From Octopus sinensis (lineage: Eukaryota): a stretch of 64,000 bases of DNA. A program made the position numbers and the translations under genes. Of this stretch, positions 14,191 through 27,862 are shown piece by piece. The notes under the pieces are model-generated. The model was not told the DNA's origin and searched no databases. It saw only the letters and a program-made list of their open reading frames with translations. How positions within the stretch are numbered: the stretch's first letter is position 1; every line of letters starts with the position of its first letter. Location: positions 59,830,001 to 59,894,000 of the forward strand of contig NC_042999.1 of assembly GCF_006345805.1 (NCBI RefSeq), read 5' to 3'.

Positions 14191-14802
14191 ACCTTCTTCA
14201 TCATCATCATCCTCATCACCTCTGCCCTAGCATAGGCGGTGGTATTGTTTTCAGTCGTGTTTGTTTGTTGGTTTGTCCATGGACAAGATATCTCAAGAAC
14301 CACTGAATGGATTCAGATGAAACTGTTAGGGATGTTTGGCCTCATGACTGGCATGAACTGGTTAGATTTTGGTATCAATCCAATACCGGACAAGGATTCT
14401 GGATTATTTGTTATATTTACTTTACTTTACATGATTACGATCTTATGTTAACTTTCAAGTCTTTCACAATAATTTCCCTTTTAGGCTGTAACTATTTTGA
14501 ATGATGAATTTGTTAACTTTGGCTTGTATTAAATAAGGATAAACTATATATTACTGTTACTAAATTTTCTATAGCCACCTTCACATTTCATGATTACCAT
14601 TGGGAGCAATCAGGTACTGGACAAGGATTCTGGATTATTTTTCCAGATTTTTTTACATAATTTTTGAGAGAGGTCAAGTTTGTTTTTAGTATTCTCATTT
14701 TAAAAATCATCTCTGGCTAATCATTGAGAGGATGTTGGTGTTGTTTTGGCAGAGGTTTGTACTCTCTGAGTGCTCCTGTTGTTGTTATTATTATCATTAT
14801 TA

Positions 14803-14960
14803 GACTAGCTGGACCTGTGCCATAAAAAATGATGGCTAATTGTAGTATTTTATATCTAAATAAGGACAAAAGATAGAACAAGGATGGTAATTCAAATTAA
14901 TACACTTCTCGATATTATCTAGTGATTGCATTTTGAGATGTAACATCAATCATTGTTTGT
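14803..14960 (+). mobile_element. second ACTAG-starting (Helitron-like) family; reverse copy ends near 57782
   Basis: ACTAGCTGGACC..AAAAATGATGGCTAATTGTAGTATTTTATAT is shared with the reverse complement of about 57725-57782. Confidence 0.4.
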
Positions 14961-15039
14961 TACTGAAAGAATGCTGGTTCACACGTATAAACATTAACAT
15001 ACTTCACTTGTGCACGCACACACATACACACATATACTC

Positions 15040-15250
15040 ACTCTCTTTACTCTTTTACTCTTCTACTTGTTTCAGTCATTTGACTGTGGCCATGCTGGAG
15101 CACCACCTTTAGTCGAGCAAATCGACCCCAGGCCTTATTCTTTGTAAGCCTAGTACTTATTCTATCAGTCTCTTTTGCCAAACCACTAAGTTATGGGGGA
15201 TGCAAACACGCCAGCATTGGTTGTCAAGTGATGTTGGAGGGACAAACACA

Positions 15251-15312
<62 letters not shown>

Positions 15313-15478
15313 TACGAGGGGTTCTTTCAGTTTCCATCTACCAAATCCACCCATAAGGCTTTGGTTGGCCCGAGGCTATAGTAGAAGACACTTGCTCAAG
15401 TTTCCACGCAGTGGAACTGAACCTGGAACCATGTGGTGGGTAAGCAAGCTACTTACCACACAGCCACTCCTACGCCTA
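15040..15478 (-). mobile_element. family B SINE, full length
   Basis: All blocks present; internal (TA)n. Confidence 0.9.
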
Positions 15479-15801
15479 CTGTGTATACATTAGCTATTAG
15501 CCACAGAAGCAGGTTTTGTAACGGTTATTAATTTGCAGATCCAGCTTACTTTGGATGTGTTAAGGACACCAGTAATTGTCCTGAGAAATCTCGTATAGAT
15601 GTTACTGCAGCCTATGGCATTCTTAATAGCACATCCAAATTATGAAATTATGTTGAATGTGTGAATTAATATTTATCACAAAAGCTGCCTCTGTTGCTAA
15701 TAGCTAAAGTACTTATTAGAAAATTGAGCGAACAAATAGAATACTGTGAAATATGTCATCTGATGTTCTACAGTGTAATGTCACATGTCAATCCTGATAT
15801 A

Positions 15802-16023
15802 TGAAAGGGTGCTGAAAATTTCCTGGCTTTGGGTAAAAGAAAATACAGGAGACTCAGTGAACTATGATTTTTTTTAATGAACTCTATTCCCTTCTCACAT
15901 TCACTCACTTATTGCGGCAGTCTTTCAGTTCTTTTAAGCCCTGTAAAAGAAATCGGAAGGTTGGGCCTCCAACCTGGCCTTTCACAGTACCCTTAAAGTC
16001 AAGAACTTTTCAGCACCGCCTTG
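15802..16023. mobile_element. mariner-type MITE
   Basis: Inverted ends GGGTGCTGAAAATTTCCTGGCTTT / AAAGTCAAGAACTTTTCAGCACC; TA at the left end. Confidence 0.75.
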
Positions 16024-16194
16024 TGTGTGTGTATATGTATATATGTGTGTGTGTGTGTGTGTTTGTGTACCAGTTGAATATTGGGGTTGATGCATTTGAC
16101 TTGGTCACTCTCCTGAAATTGCTGCCTCTGTGCCAAAAATTTGAAAGAAACCACTATTTGATATGTGTATGTGTGTGTGTGTGTGTCAGAGGAG

Positions 16195-16630
16195 GCATAT
16201 TCTTTTCTACTCTAGGCACAAAGTACGAAATTTTTGTGGAGGAGGCCAGTTGATTAGATTGACCCCAGTTCACAACTGGTACTTGATTCATTGACCCCAA
16301 AAGGATGAAAGGCAAAATTGACCTCGGCGGAATTTGAACTCAGAACATAAAGACAAACGAAGTACTGCTAAAAATTTCATCCGGCATGCTAACGTTTCTT
16401 ATTTCTTTATTGTTCACAAGGAGCTAAACATAGAGGGGACAAACAAGGACAGATAAAGGGATTAAGTCAATTACATCAACTCCAGTGTGTAACTGATACT
16501 TAATTTATCGACCCTGAAAGGATGAAAGGCAAAGTCGACCTCAGCGGAATTTGAACTCAGAATGTAGTGGCAGATGAAATACTACTAAGCATTTCGCCTG
16601 GCGTGCTAGTGTTTCTGCCAGCTTGCCGCT
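16195..16630 (-). mobile_element. two head-to-tail family D SINEs
   Basis: Two GGATGAAAGGCAAA..GACCTC..GAATTTGAACTCAG blocks. Confidence 0.85.
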
Positions 16631-16690
16631 CTCAGAGGAAGCATATTGGATGGAAAAGAACTGTTTAACAGGGAAGGAGAGAGCGAAAGA

Positions 16691-16721
<31 letters not shown>

Positions 16722-16988
16722 CGTGATTGGGGGCGGTGGTGTAGGAATTTTGTTTTGCACGTGTGCAATGTGGTAAAGATATAAGTGCTTTAAAAGGAAA
16801 GTGTAAATTATTTTTCACAAAGCAGGACCTGCAAGGGTCGGGAGAGGGTTGGGTGGGTGGGGATGTTGCGGAAGATTCCTCTGGAATCCCTGCCTTTTAT
16901 GCTGACCTCATGATTCATGTCTTTTAGTCTAAAGCTCCGGGTGTTTTCTGGTAATGAAATGCATTTGAAATGATAATAATAATAGTAT

Positions 16989-17023
<35 letters not shown>

Positions 17024-17288
17024 ATAATAATAATAATAATGTGTACTATCCGGCTGGAAGTGTATTATTTTATCGTGTGAATATATTTTATGTAAATAAT
17101 TCAATGTCATAATTTTTCTTTTTCTTCTTCTTCGTACACGCACATACATGCACATACACACACATACACACACACACACACACATATAAAATACATATAT
17201 TAATGCAAACAGAATGTGAGGGAAAAACTAATGCAATTTAAATGTTTTGCATTTTTATCCCAAAGAATAAAAGATGATGATGATGATG

Positions 17289-17337
<49 letters not shown>

Positions 17338-17994
17338 GTAAATAGTTATAAATAATAATATAATAATAATAATAATAATAAGTAAATAATTATAAATAAT
17401 AATTTTAAAAAATGCAAAAATATTGATGTAGTAATCTGAATTGAATACATTCATATGAACTAGGAGCATAGAATCTCTTTCGCAAAACTAAAATGGAATT
17501 CTTCTTTTCATATCTTTTTTTTATATGTATATATATATATATATTCATATTTTTATTGTTATTTATTTTATTGTGCTTTTATTTTTTTGTTTATGTTATC
17601 GGTTTTTGTTTTTTTTTTATTCTGAGCAACTGATGCCTTCCTGACTAGGCCATTCTGACATTTGTAGCTAATGGGACTTTAATAATTTTCATTTTATTTT
17701 ATTGTGCTGTATTTGCCATTCACGTTGCTTTTTGCAAAAAAAAAAAGAAAAAAAAAAGAGGAAAAAATGTTTTTTTTGTTTTTATTTTATTATTTACTTA
17801 TTTATTCCTTTTATTTATTTACTTTTTTCCCCTTTCTTTCTTTCTTTCTTTCTCCTTCTTTCCACATTGAAATATTTCATATTAATTCTTTGAATGAGAT
17901 GGATGGTAATAATCGGTTGATATTCAAAGAATTTTACAATTTCCCCCAAGGGTTTCTTACGTAATTTTATTGACTTTCTGGAATTGCACTCTGG

Positions 17995-18353
17995 TTGTAA
18001 CAGGAATTGTAGTGGTAGCAGAGGTGGTGGTGGTGGTGGTAGTGGTGGTGGTGGTGGTGGTGCTAGTGCTAGCGATAGTAGTGATGGTGATGTTGGTAGT
18101 AGTGGTGGTGGTGCTTCTTGTACTGATGCTGGTAGTAGTAGTAGTAGTAGTAGCAGAGGTAGTGGTAATGGTGGTGGTGGTTGTGGTCGTGGTAGTGGTG
18201 CTAGTGCTAGCAATAGTAGTGATGGTGATGTTGGCAGTAGTGGTGGTGGTGCTTCTTGTACTGATGCTGGTAGTAGTAATAGTAGTAGTAGTAGTAGTGG
18301 TGTGGTGCTGCTTCTTGTGCTGGGGCTAGTAGTAGTAGTAGTAATTATTGTAA

Positions 18354-18398
<45 letters not shown>

Positions 18399-18400
18399 AG
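17995..18400. repeat. (GGT)/(AGT) low-complexity tract with a 138-bp internal duplication
   Basis: TGCTAGTGCTAGC at 18061 and 18199. Confidence 0.9.
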
Positions 18401-19341
18401 GTGGTGATGCGCAACTACATTTTTATCTACTTTGTTTCTTAAAATTTTAGTGATGACATAACCTTTAATGATGATGATGATGATGACGACGAAGGCGGCA
18501 GCGGTGATGATGTTGTTGATGATGATGATAATGATAATGATAACAATAATGGGGATAATGTCATTAGTAGTAATACTATTAATGATATTAAATAACGAAA
18601 TTAATAACGATTGCAGAAATTGCTTCGAACTACAAATATTATTATGGAAAGGAAACTTCCTGTCTGGAAAGTTCTAGGGCCTGACAGATAGATATTCCAT
18701 TTTCAATTTGCTTCTAGCAGTTAACACCTTCCCTCTATGTGTAAAGATGATGATGATGATGATGATGATGATTAACATATTGGTGGTGGTGGTGGTGGTG
18801 GTGATGATGACGCAGAAGAATGCGTTGGTTGAGAGGGTGAATAAGTAATTCCGAAATATTTTGCACCTCCATTTCTTTTGAAAATTCTTCGCTTTACCAA
18901 AAGAGAATGTAAATGAAGTGAGTCAGTGTTTGTTTGCTTTTTTTAGTTTCTTTTTCGGAATTAAATAACTTTTTTTTTTCTATTCCGTATGTGTGTGTGT
19001 GTGTGTGGGGGGGGTGTACGTGTGCGTGTGCATATCTAGGTGTTTGCGTGAAGGCTAACATTCTGCCGGTCTCTGAAAAATTGCTGAACTATGGACAGAC
19101 GTTGTAGTTGGCATTTCCCTGCCAACAAACCACCTGGTAGCTTGGCACTTTCAGAGAAGGTGGGAACAGAACCTCTTTTACTGGGGAAAAACATTTAAGG
19201 ATCAACACCAAGAAGGGCATCTGGCTAATAAAACAAATACCTCTGTAATAGGTAGTTGTCTGACCCTTATTGGCGCAGAAAAAAATGGATCTATTAATCA
19301 GTTTAAGCTGAATATTTTCCCCACAATTTTATATATATGTA

Positions 19342-19729
19342 TACTAGCAGTATCGCCCGGCGTTGCTCAGGTTTGTAAGGGAAATAACTATAAAGCATTT
19401 TTAGAGAGTTATAGCCAAAAAATAGCAAAAAAATGGAAAAAAAATGATGGTAATTTTTTTTTGAGAGTTAAAAAAGGTGGAGTTGCGTCCCCTAGACGGT
19501 CTGTGGTTTGGGTTTCTGATTCTCGACCCCATGTCGAATTTATCGATTTTTTTCAGAACTGGGGGAACTTTTCAAAACTTTCGCTGCGTTAGTTTTGAAT
19601 TATGACATTGGGCTATGTGTGTGTCAAGTTTCATCAGAATCGGTTGAAAGCCGTGGTCGGAGTGAGGGTACAAGCAAACAGACACACAGAGGCACGCACA
19701 GACAAACTGCCGTTTATATAGAGAGAGAT
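19342..19729 (+). mobile_element. non-autonomous Helitron-like element
   Basis: Begins TACTAGCAGTATCGCCCGGCGTTGCTC and ends ACAGAC...GTTTATATAGAGAGAGAT; no TIR or TSD seen; shares ends with 46884. Confidence 0.55.
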
Positions 19730-20242
19730 ATACATATACATATATATGTATGTGTGTGTGTGTGTATGTGTGTGTGTGTGTATGTATGTATGTCTGTATG
19801 TATATATATATATATGTATATATATATATGTGTGAGAATTTGTTTTGCTGGTTTCCAAATGTGAAATTGCGCGTTAAAACAAATATTGTCATATTTTGGG
19901 AGGGTCACATTTTTTTTTCTTGCCAAATGAACACATGCACTGTATATTCATTTATTATTGTTCTTATCTTTATCTTACGTATATTGTCTGGAAATCTTTT
20001 GCCACCCATTTGTGACCTCTTCAGTAACTCTTCCATCCCATGTGCCTTCTCCTGTTCTGTTTATCTTCCACACACACACACACACACACAAACACCTCTC
20101 TCATTCTTTTGCTCTTGATTGCTATCATCTTTTCTGAAGTGTAAGCAGTTGTGTAGCTTCTCTACAGCATGAAACCTACCATGCTCTGGTGTCACTTCTT
20201 TCATACTTTTGCCCATCTTTTACCTTTCATCTCCTAGAATAA

Positions 20243-20548
20243 AGTACTTATTCTATCGGCCTCTTTTGCCGAACTGCTAAATTACAGGGACATAAACACA
20301 CCAGCATCGGTTGTCAAGCGATGTTGTGGGACAAACACAGACACACAAACATACACACGCACACACACACATATATATACATATATGCGACAGGCTTCTT
20401 TCAGTTTCCGTCTACCAAATCCACTCACAAGGCTTTGGTCAGCCCGAGGCTATAGTAGAATATGCTTACCCAAGGTGCCATGCAGTGAGAATGAACCCAG
20501 AACCATGTGGTTGGTAAGCAAGCTACTTACCACACAGCCACTCCTACA
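20243..20548 (-). mobile_element. family B SINE
   Basis: Blocks as above. Confidence 0.88.
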
Positions 20549-20681
20549 TCACCTCGACTTCTTTCCATGTACCATCAACCAAATCCACTCACAGCCTTTC
20601 AGCTGGCTTGTTTGAACCTGGAGCCATGTGGTTGGGAACCAAAGTCCTTAACCACACAGCTACAACTACACCAGGCTACAT

Positions 20682-21022
20682 CATCATCATCATCGTTTAA
20701 TGTCCATTTTCCATGCTAGCATAGGTTGGACGGTTCAACCGGGGTCTGGGAAGCCAGGAGGCTGCACCAAGCTCCAGTCTGATCTGGCAGTGTTTCTACA
20801 GCTGGATGCCCTTCCTAACGCCAACCACTCCGTGAGTGTAGTGGGTGCTTTTTACGTGCCACCAGCACAGGTGCCAGGGGAGGCTGGCAACGGCCACGAT
20901 CAGTTGGTGCTTTTAAAGTGCCACCGGCACTGAAGCCAGTCAAGGTGGTGCTGGCATCGACCACATATGGATGGTGCTTTTTATGTGCCACCGGCACAGG
21001 TGCCAGGGGAGGCTGGCAACAG
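20682..21022 (-). mobile_element. family A retroposon
   Basis: Same diagnostic blocks. Confidence 0.9.
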
Positions 21023-21514
21023 AAATAAAAAAAGAAAGAAGTAAAGCAAACCACAGCAATGATCATCGTATTTATATAAATCATTCCTTTTTATTTGGTG
21101 TTTTTTGATGAAAACATGTATTACGTATATTTCTATTAATAATGGAAGTTTCAACGATGATGATGATGATGATGATGATGATCTTGTTCTTGCCAGATCG
21201 CTTCTTTTGTCTTTTGATGCGTGACACATGTTCTTTCACATTTCTTACTCATTCCTGTCTCTTTTTGTTATCTTTTTTATTTCTATGTGTGTATGTTGTT
21301 TTCATTTTTTTTTCACTTTACTAATTAAAATTAAGGGAAAAATGTGGGATGGACAGAAAGAGAGACATGTTAATTCATGTGTGTGTGTGTATAAGCATGT
21401 ATATATATATATATATATTTAAATAGGTTTAGATAAATACACACATATATATATCTATAATACAATTATATATGTATATGTGTTCGTCTGTTTATGTTAG
21501 CATGTATATATATG

Positions 21515-21563
<49 letters not shown>

Positions 21564-21768
21564 GCATGTATACATATGTGTGTGTATATGTACATGTGTG
21601 TGTATAAATATAGATATGCATGTATATATATATGTGTGTATATGTACACATGTATATATGTATGAGTGCATTTATGTGTATAGATGTGTATCTATGAATA
21701 TATGTATATGTGTATATATGTATGTTAAACGATGATGCTGATGGTATATGTGTACATGTGTATATATG

Positions 21769-21803
<35 letters not shown>

Positions 21804-22227
21804 GTATATGTGTGTACATATGTCTATATTTGTATATATATGTGTGTATTTATACATACACATATATACATATGTGCAGATGTAAGCAGAAGTTTGCAAA
21901 TTTAACATGGAAACCAAAGAAGTGGAATTAAGAAGATAAAAAGCTTAAAAAGGAAATGAAATGTCAAACCGTTTTTACAGGTGTGTCAACATTTAGCTAA
22001 CTGCAGCAAATTGCTATCAGTTTGGAAATAAGAAGATGACAATGATGAACTCTATACAAACATAACAAAAAAAAATCTGTTGATTGTAGTTTGTGTAGTC
22101 TTTCCTTGTTGGAAAATGTAGAATTCTGTTTTGTAATTAACTATAGTGATAATTAATTATTTCTTTCTTTTTAATGAAGGTATGATGACAAACAAATATT
22201 TGTATTTTGCATGTATCATGTTAATAT

Positions 22228-22540
22228 ACGTGGAGGCGCAAAGGCCCAGTGGTTAGGGCAGCGGGCTTGCAGTTGAAGGATCGCGGTTTCGATTCCCAGA
22301 CCGGGCGTTGTGTGTGTTTATTGAGCAAAAACACCTAAAAGCTCCACGATGCTCCAGCAGGGTGTGGTGGCGACCCCTGTTGTACTCTTTTTGCCTCAAC
22401 CTTCTTTCACTCTGTCTTCCTGTTTCTTAAGTAACGCTGCGATGGACTGGCGTCCCATCCACCTGGGGGGAACACATATGCCACAGAAAGCGGGAAACCG
22501 GGCCCATGAGCCTGGCTAGGCTTGAAAAGGGCACATAAAA
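22228..22540 (+). mobile_element. family E SINE
   Basis: Collinear with the 40066 copy. Confidence 0.88.
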
Positions 22541-22564
22541 AAAATGTTGATGTACAAAATACAT

Positions 22565-22860
22565 CAACATCATCATCATTGTCATCTTCATTTAACATCC
22601 ATTTTCCATGCTGGCATGGGTTGGACAGTTTGGGTTGGTTCCAGTCTGATTTAGCATGATTTCTACAGCTTGATGCCCTTGCTAATACCAACCACTCCAA
22701 GAGTGTAGTGGGTGCTTTTTACATGCTGCTGGCATGGGTACTTATTACATAGCACTGGTATCGGTCATGACTATAACCTCACTTTGTTTCATAGGTCTTC
22801 TCAAGCACAGTATATTGCTAAAGGTCTTGGTCACTTGTCACTGCTTGTACGGTGCATATA
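22565..22860 (-). mobile_element. family A retroposon, degenerate
   Basis: Same diagnostic blocks, diverged. Confidence 0.75.
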
Positions 22861-22874
22861 TATATGGTTGGAAT

Positions 22875-23090
22875 TTACCAAAAAACAAAAGACAAAGACA
22901 GGTGTATAAACAGCAAACAGGCGTATTAGTTTAACACTCAGGAAGGTGAGAAAGTTCTTTACGTTTCGAGCCTACGCTCTTCAACAGAAAGGAGCATGAA
23001 AAAATAAACAGAGAGAATAAAAAGAAGTTTAGTGGCTAGCGGTTGATCATGGTGATGGCTGGACAGAGGTGGTCAGACATTTATATACAA
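22875..23090 (-). mobile_element. related Penelope-like terminal-repeat fragment with a degenerate hammerhead-like motif
   Basis: Minus strand CTTT-CTGTTGA-A-GAGC-GTAG-GCTC-GAAAC-GTA-AAG at 22991-22957, followed by TTCCTGAGTGTTAAACTAATAC. Confidence 0.45.
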
Positions 23091-23874
23091 AAATGTGTAC
23101 ACACACACAGATATATGTACTTATGTGGTTGTGTGGTTAGGAAGTTTGTTTTGCAATTATATTGTGTTGAGGTTCAGTTCCTGTGTGTGGCATAGTGGTC
23201 AAATATCTTCTATTATAGATCCAGACTGACCAATAACTTGTGAGTAGAATTGTTTAGGCAAACTGTATGAAAACCAGTCGTGTGCATGTGCGTGTATACA
23301 TAGATAGATAGAAATATACATATATGAAAGTAAAGACCTCTTTCCCTCACAAATGACCATGGAATTACACCTAGAAAGTTCCCCTCTGAGGCATAAGTTT
23401 GTGCAAGGTTATTTATGGAAAACCAGCCATCGCCCATGCATACTAGCCTCCCCTCTCTACACCACCAATGTTACCCAAGGGAAAGGCAAAGGCCAATACA
23501 GTTTGGCACCAATGACATCGCAAGTCATTTCTACAGCTTAGTCAAATGGAGCAATGTGAAATAAAGTGTCTTGCTCAAGAACTCAACACACAGCCTGGTC
23601 TGGGAATCAACTTACACCTTTGCTTCAAATTTTTGGTGCTGTACCAAAATCGGAAATCATTTTTAGGCAGAAACATATCTGGCAATGGGGAAGGTTGGTG
23701 ACTGGAAGAGCATCTGGCTCTATAGAAAATCTGCCTCAGTAAATTCCCTCTGATCCATGCAAAGCTTGGAAAAGTGGACATTAAATGATGGTGACAATAA
23801 CAACAGCGATTATGTGTATTTGCATGTGTGTGTGTGTGAAATAAGGAAAGTTACCATTCTTCCTCTGTGATTAA

Positions 23875-24097
23875 CCCTTTCGTTACTGTATTTCTGTTGA
23901 GATGCTCTGTGTTTCTTTCAATTATTTTAAATATAACAAAGAACTTAGTAAAATAACTTTGTTATCATTCAGCTAGTGTTAGGAACATAAATTTTGACTA
24001 AGGTTTGGTGGCAGATTTTAATTCAAAACTTTTGAAAACAAGACATTTGTACTCGGAGCCAGAGCCAGGTTTTTAGCTGGGTTGGTAAACGAAAGGT
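23875..24097. mobile_element. piggyBac-like MITE family 1
   Basis: TTAA|CCCTTTCGTTAC...GTAAACGAAAGG; homologous to three other copies in the window. Confidence 0.75.
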
Positions 24098-24682
24098 GTA
24101 AGCTAAAATCATAACATTTGTACCACCATGGTGACGGTTGCTAAGTTTGACGTAATGTCAGTGGTGAGGGCAACACTCGAGTAAAATACCTTTCAAGTTG
24201 TAATTTATTTATGTAGTTTATTTAATCTTTTTTTTTTCTCTTTTTTTTTTTTACTTATTTTCTTTCCGTGGAAAAAGATAAGGATTGAAAGATAATTCAA
24301 CATATTAAGTATTTAGAAAGTAATGAAAAATAAACATGCAGCAAAAAATCTATCTCTCTTCTTTTCCATTTTCTTTCTTTCTTTGTTTCTTTCTTTTATT
24401 TTTTTTTTTGGTTACGTTGTATTTCTGCAAATGAAATGCATCCTCCACCAGCTGTCTAGACGTTAACATTGAACACACATCACTGGGGAGAATCGCTATG
24501 TGATGCTCTCGGTAATTTTCTAAATCGGTCAATCAATAAATCAATCGATCAATGAATCAATACTGTAATCTATGTATCTGGCAAGTCTGGCAAATAGAAT
24601 CAATTAAGGTGGAGAAGAAGCTGGTAGTGGTGCATGGCTTCGTGTTTGTGTGTATGTATGCATGTGTGTGTGTATATATATA

Positions 24683-24724
<42 letters not shown>

Positions 24725-24754
24725 CGAATATATATGTGTGTATGTGTATATATA

Positions 24755-24802
<48 letters not shown>

Positions 24803-25268
24803 AATATATATGTGTGTGTGTGTGTGTTATTGACTTTTCAGAAATGGAAAGTAAAAGGTTAAATTTTTTTTTGTCTTTTTGTCTTTTTTTTTTTCTTTTT
24901 GTTAAATGTCTTAGTCAAGGACATTAATGATGTAAATGAAGTGAAATATCTACAATCAGGAGTCAGAACAAGGCCAAGGACTTAACTCGCAAGAAGCTTG
25001 CTTTCATTTGGTTCCGAAGCATTAACCAAGCCGTTTTGTTTGTTTGTTTGTTGGGTTTTTTTAAAAAAGTTTTATAGTAAAATAGTCCATAGTCTTTTAC
25101 CTTTAATCTCTCACTTGTTCCATTCTTTGGACTGCAGCCATGCTGGGTCACTGCCTTGAAGGGTTCACTCGAACAAATCAACCCCAGTACTTATTTTTCA
25201 GCCTAGTTCTTATTTTGTTGATCTCTTTTACTGAACCTCTATGTCATGGGCATGTAAACAAATGAACA

Positions 25269-25440
25269 CCTGTGCCAGTGGCACATAAAAATCACCCACT
25301 ACACTCTCGGAGTGCTTGGCATTAGGAAGGGCATCCAGCTGTAGAAACTCTGCCAGATCAGATTGGAGCCTGGTGCAGCCATTTGGTTCCCCAGTCCTCA
25401 GTCAAATCATCCAACACATGCCAGCATGGAAAGCGGACAT
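25269..25440 (+). mobile_element. family A retroposon, truncated
   Basis: GTGCCAGTGGCACATAAAAATCACC...CATGCCAGCATGGAAAGCGGAC. Confidence 0.85.
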
Positions 25441-25677
25441 ATATATATACATATATATACATATATATATATATACATGTATATATATATATATACATAT
25501 ATATATATACATATATATATACATATATATATACATATATATACATATATATATATATACATATATATATAATACATATATAATATATATTATATATACA
25601 TATATATATATATATATATAATATATATTATATATAATATATTATATAATATATATATATATATATATATAATATAT

Positions 25678-26030
25678 CTTTTACTCTTTTACTTGTTTCA
25701 GTCATTTGACTGTGGCCATGCTGGAGCACTGCCTTTTGTCGAGCAAATCGACCCCGGGACTTATTCTTTGTAAGCCCAGTACTTATTCTATCGGTCACTT
25801 TTGCCGAACCGCTAAGTGACGGGGACGTAAACACACCAGCATCGGTTGTCAAGCAATGCTAGGGGGACAAACACACACACACAAACACATATATATATAT
25901 ACGACAGGGTTCTTTCAGTGTCCATGTTTACCAAATCCGATTACAAGGTTTTGGTTGTTCCGAGGATTCCACCACACAGCGGGGCTGAACCCGAAAATCA
26001 CGAGGTTAGGAATCAAACTACTTACCCTTA
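25678..26030 (-). mobile_element. family B SINE
   Basis: Young-looking tail half, degenerate head. Confidence 0.8.
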
Positions 26031-26616
26031 CCCATATAAACGCTGGCCCCTAATCAGTGCCAAGTGCAAACTGAAGAGAAGCGTATAGAAATCTGAAAGT
26101 GCATGCAGCAGATTTACTTACGCTGCACAGTTACCATTCGACTAGGTGTGTTCATCAAAATTCAGTAACAATTCCATGGCTTGTCCATTTAAAGAAATGC
26201 TAAAATCTCTACTTGCTTCTGTCTGCCGTCTGTCTTTCTCTCTCTTTGACACACTCACATAGGCACACATTCACCTACAGACTATCACTTTTATTTGTAG
26301 TTTAGAATCTGTAATGGCACAGTGGTAACACAAAACTGCTGACCGCAGTTGTTTCTGGTCTGTTATCAATGAAGATTTGATTATAGGATCGCGGTGAGAA
26401 CTGAGGCCATGCTGTTGATTAGGTAATTTAGTTAGAATCTTCAAACAATGCATTGATCGTAGATATAGAACCACTGTGTGTAGTTTCTAAGGCGAGACCT
26501 CTGCCTACATGTTGATCGGAGACGTACACTTATGGCTGATTCTGTGCACATAATTATGTGTGCGTAAGTAACTCTTTGTGTGTGTGTGTGTGTGTTAGTG
26601 TGTGTGCTTGTGTGTC

Positions 26617-26649
<33 letters not shown>

Positions 26650-26710
26650 GTGTTTAGCTATCTTCATCATAAATGTTAATTTAACTGCTCTGCATGTTTG
26701 TGTGCTTACA

Positions 26711-26780
<70 letters not shown>

Positions 26781-27449
26781 TGTGTGTGTGTGTTTAGCTG
26801 TCTTCATCATAAATGTTAATTTAATTGCTTTGTACATGTTTGTGTGCTTGTATATGTGTGTATATATATATGTTAATTTAACTGTCTTGTATGTGTGTGT
26901 GTGTGTGTATGTGCGCGTTGGTGTGTGTCTGTGTGTGCGTGCATGCATGTGTGGGTCTTTGTACATATATTACCTTCACGGATCTGTCTCCGTGTATGAG
27001 TGTGTCGATATGTAAGGCAATCATTGTGCTTCCATGTGGCGGCGGAAGAGGTGGTGGTCATGGTTGGGTGGATGGAGGGAGAGAAGTGTTTGTGATTACC
27101 AGATAAATTAGGTTAGTGTTTTTCTCTATCCTGATTACAATGATTGTTCAGAACTGCAAAGAAGAAAGCATTAAAAAAAATTTTTTAAATTACAAAAAAA
27201 AAAAAAAGCACAGAAAACCCATAAAAAGCAAATAAAAGTAGATTGAGCAATATTATCAGGAAAATTGGTAAAAATTGGGATGGCTGTTTGAGAGATGGAG
27301 TTAAGTGATAAATGGCAACATCAAACAAGCGTGGCGATATCAAACAGCCATGCCAATATCCAAATGTGTATATATGGCGGCTGATTACCTTCGACTTCCA
27401 GCAGCAATTATTGTCACTCAGTAAAATAACTAAAGCATTTTCTTTATAG

Positions 27450-27815
27450 TATAGCTTTGTGTCTATGTGTGTGTATGTGTATTTGTCTGTGTGTAGTAGT
27501 GTGTGTGTGTGTGTGTTGTGTGTATGAGCATGTGTGTGTGAGTGCCTGTATGAATGTGTACATATATTTGTGTGTGTGTATATATATATGTGTGTGTGTG
27601 TGTGTGTATATGTGTATATAAGTCTGTATATGCATATATGTATCTATGTGTGTGTATGTGTATTTATCTGTGCATAAGTATGTGTGTATATAAAGTCTAT
27701 ATGCATATATGTATCTATGTGTGTGTATGTGTATTTGTCTGTGTGTAAGTATGTGTGTGTGTATGAGAATGTGTGTGAGTGCCTGTATGAATGTGTACAT
27801 ATATTTTTGTGTGTG

Positions 27816-27862
<47 letters not shown>

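Noticed and set aside
17815-18442. 150-200 aa ORFs on both strands (G/S-, V- and P/T-rich)
   Set aside because: GGT/AGT low-complexity tract with an internal duplication; open in several frames for compositional reasons, with no convincing splice sites.
24525-24565. Cluster of ATCAAT/ATCGAT (CUT-homeodomain-like) motifs
   Set aside because: Indistinguishable from a degenerate (ATCA)n microsatellite.
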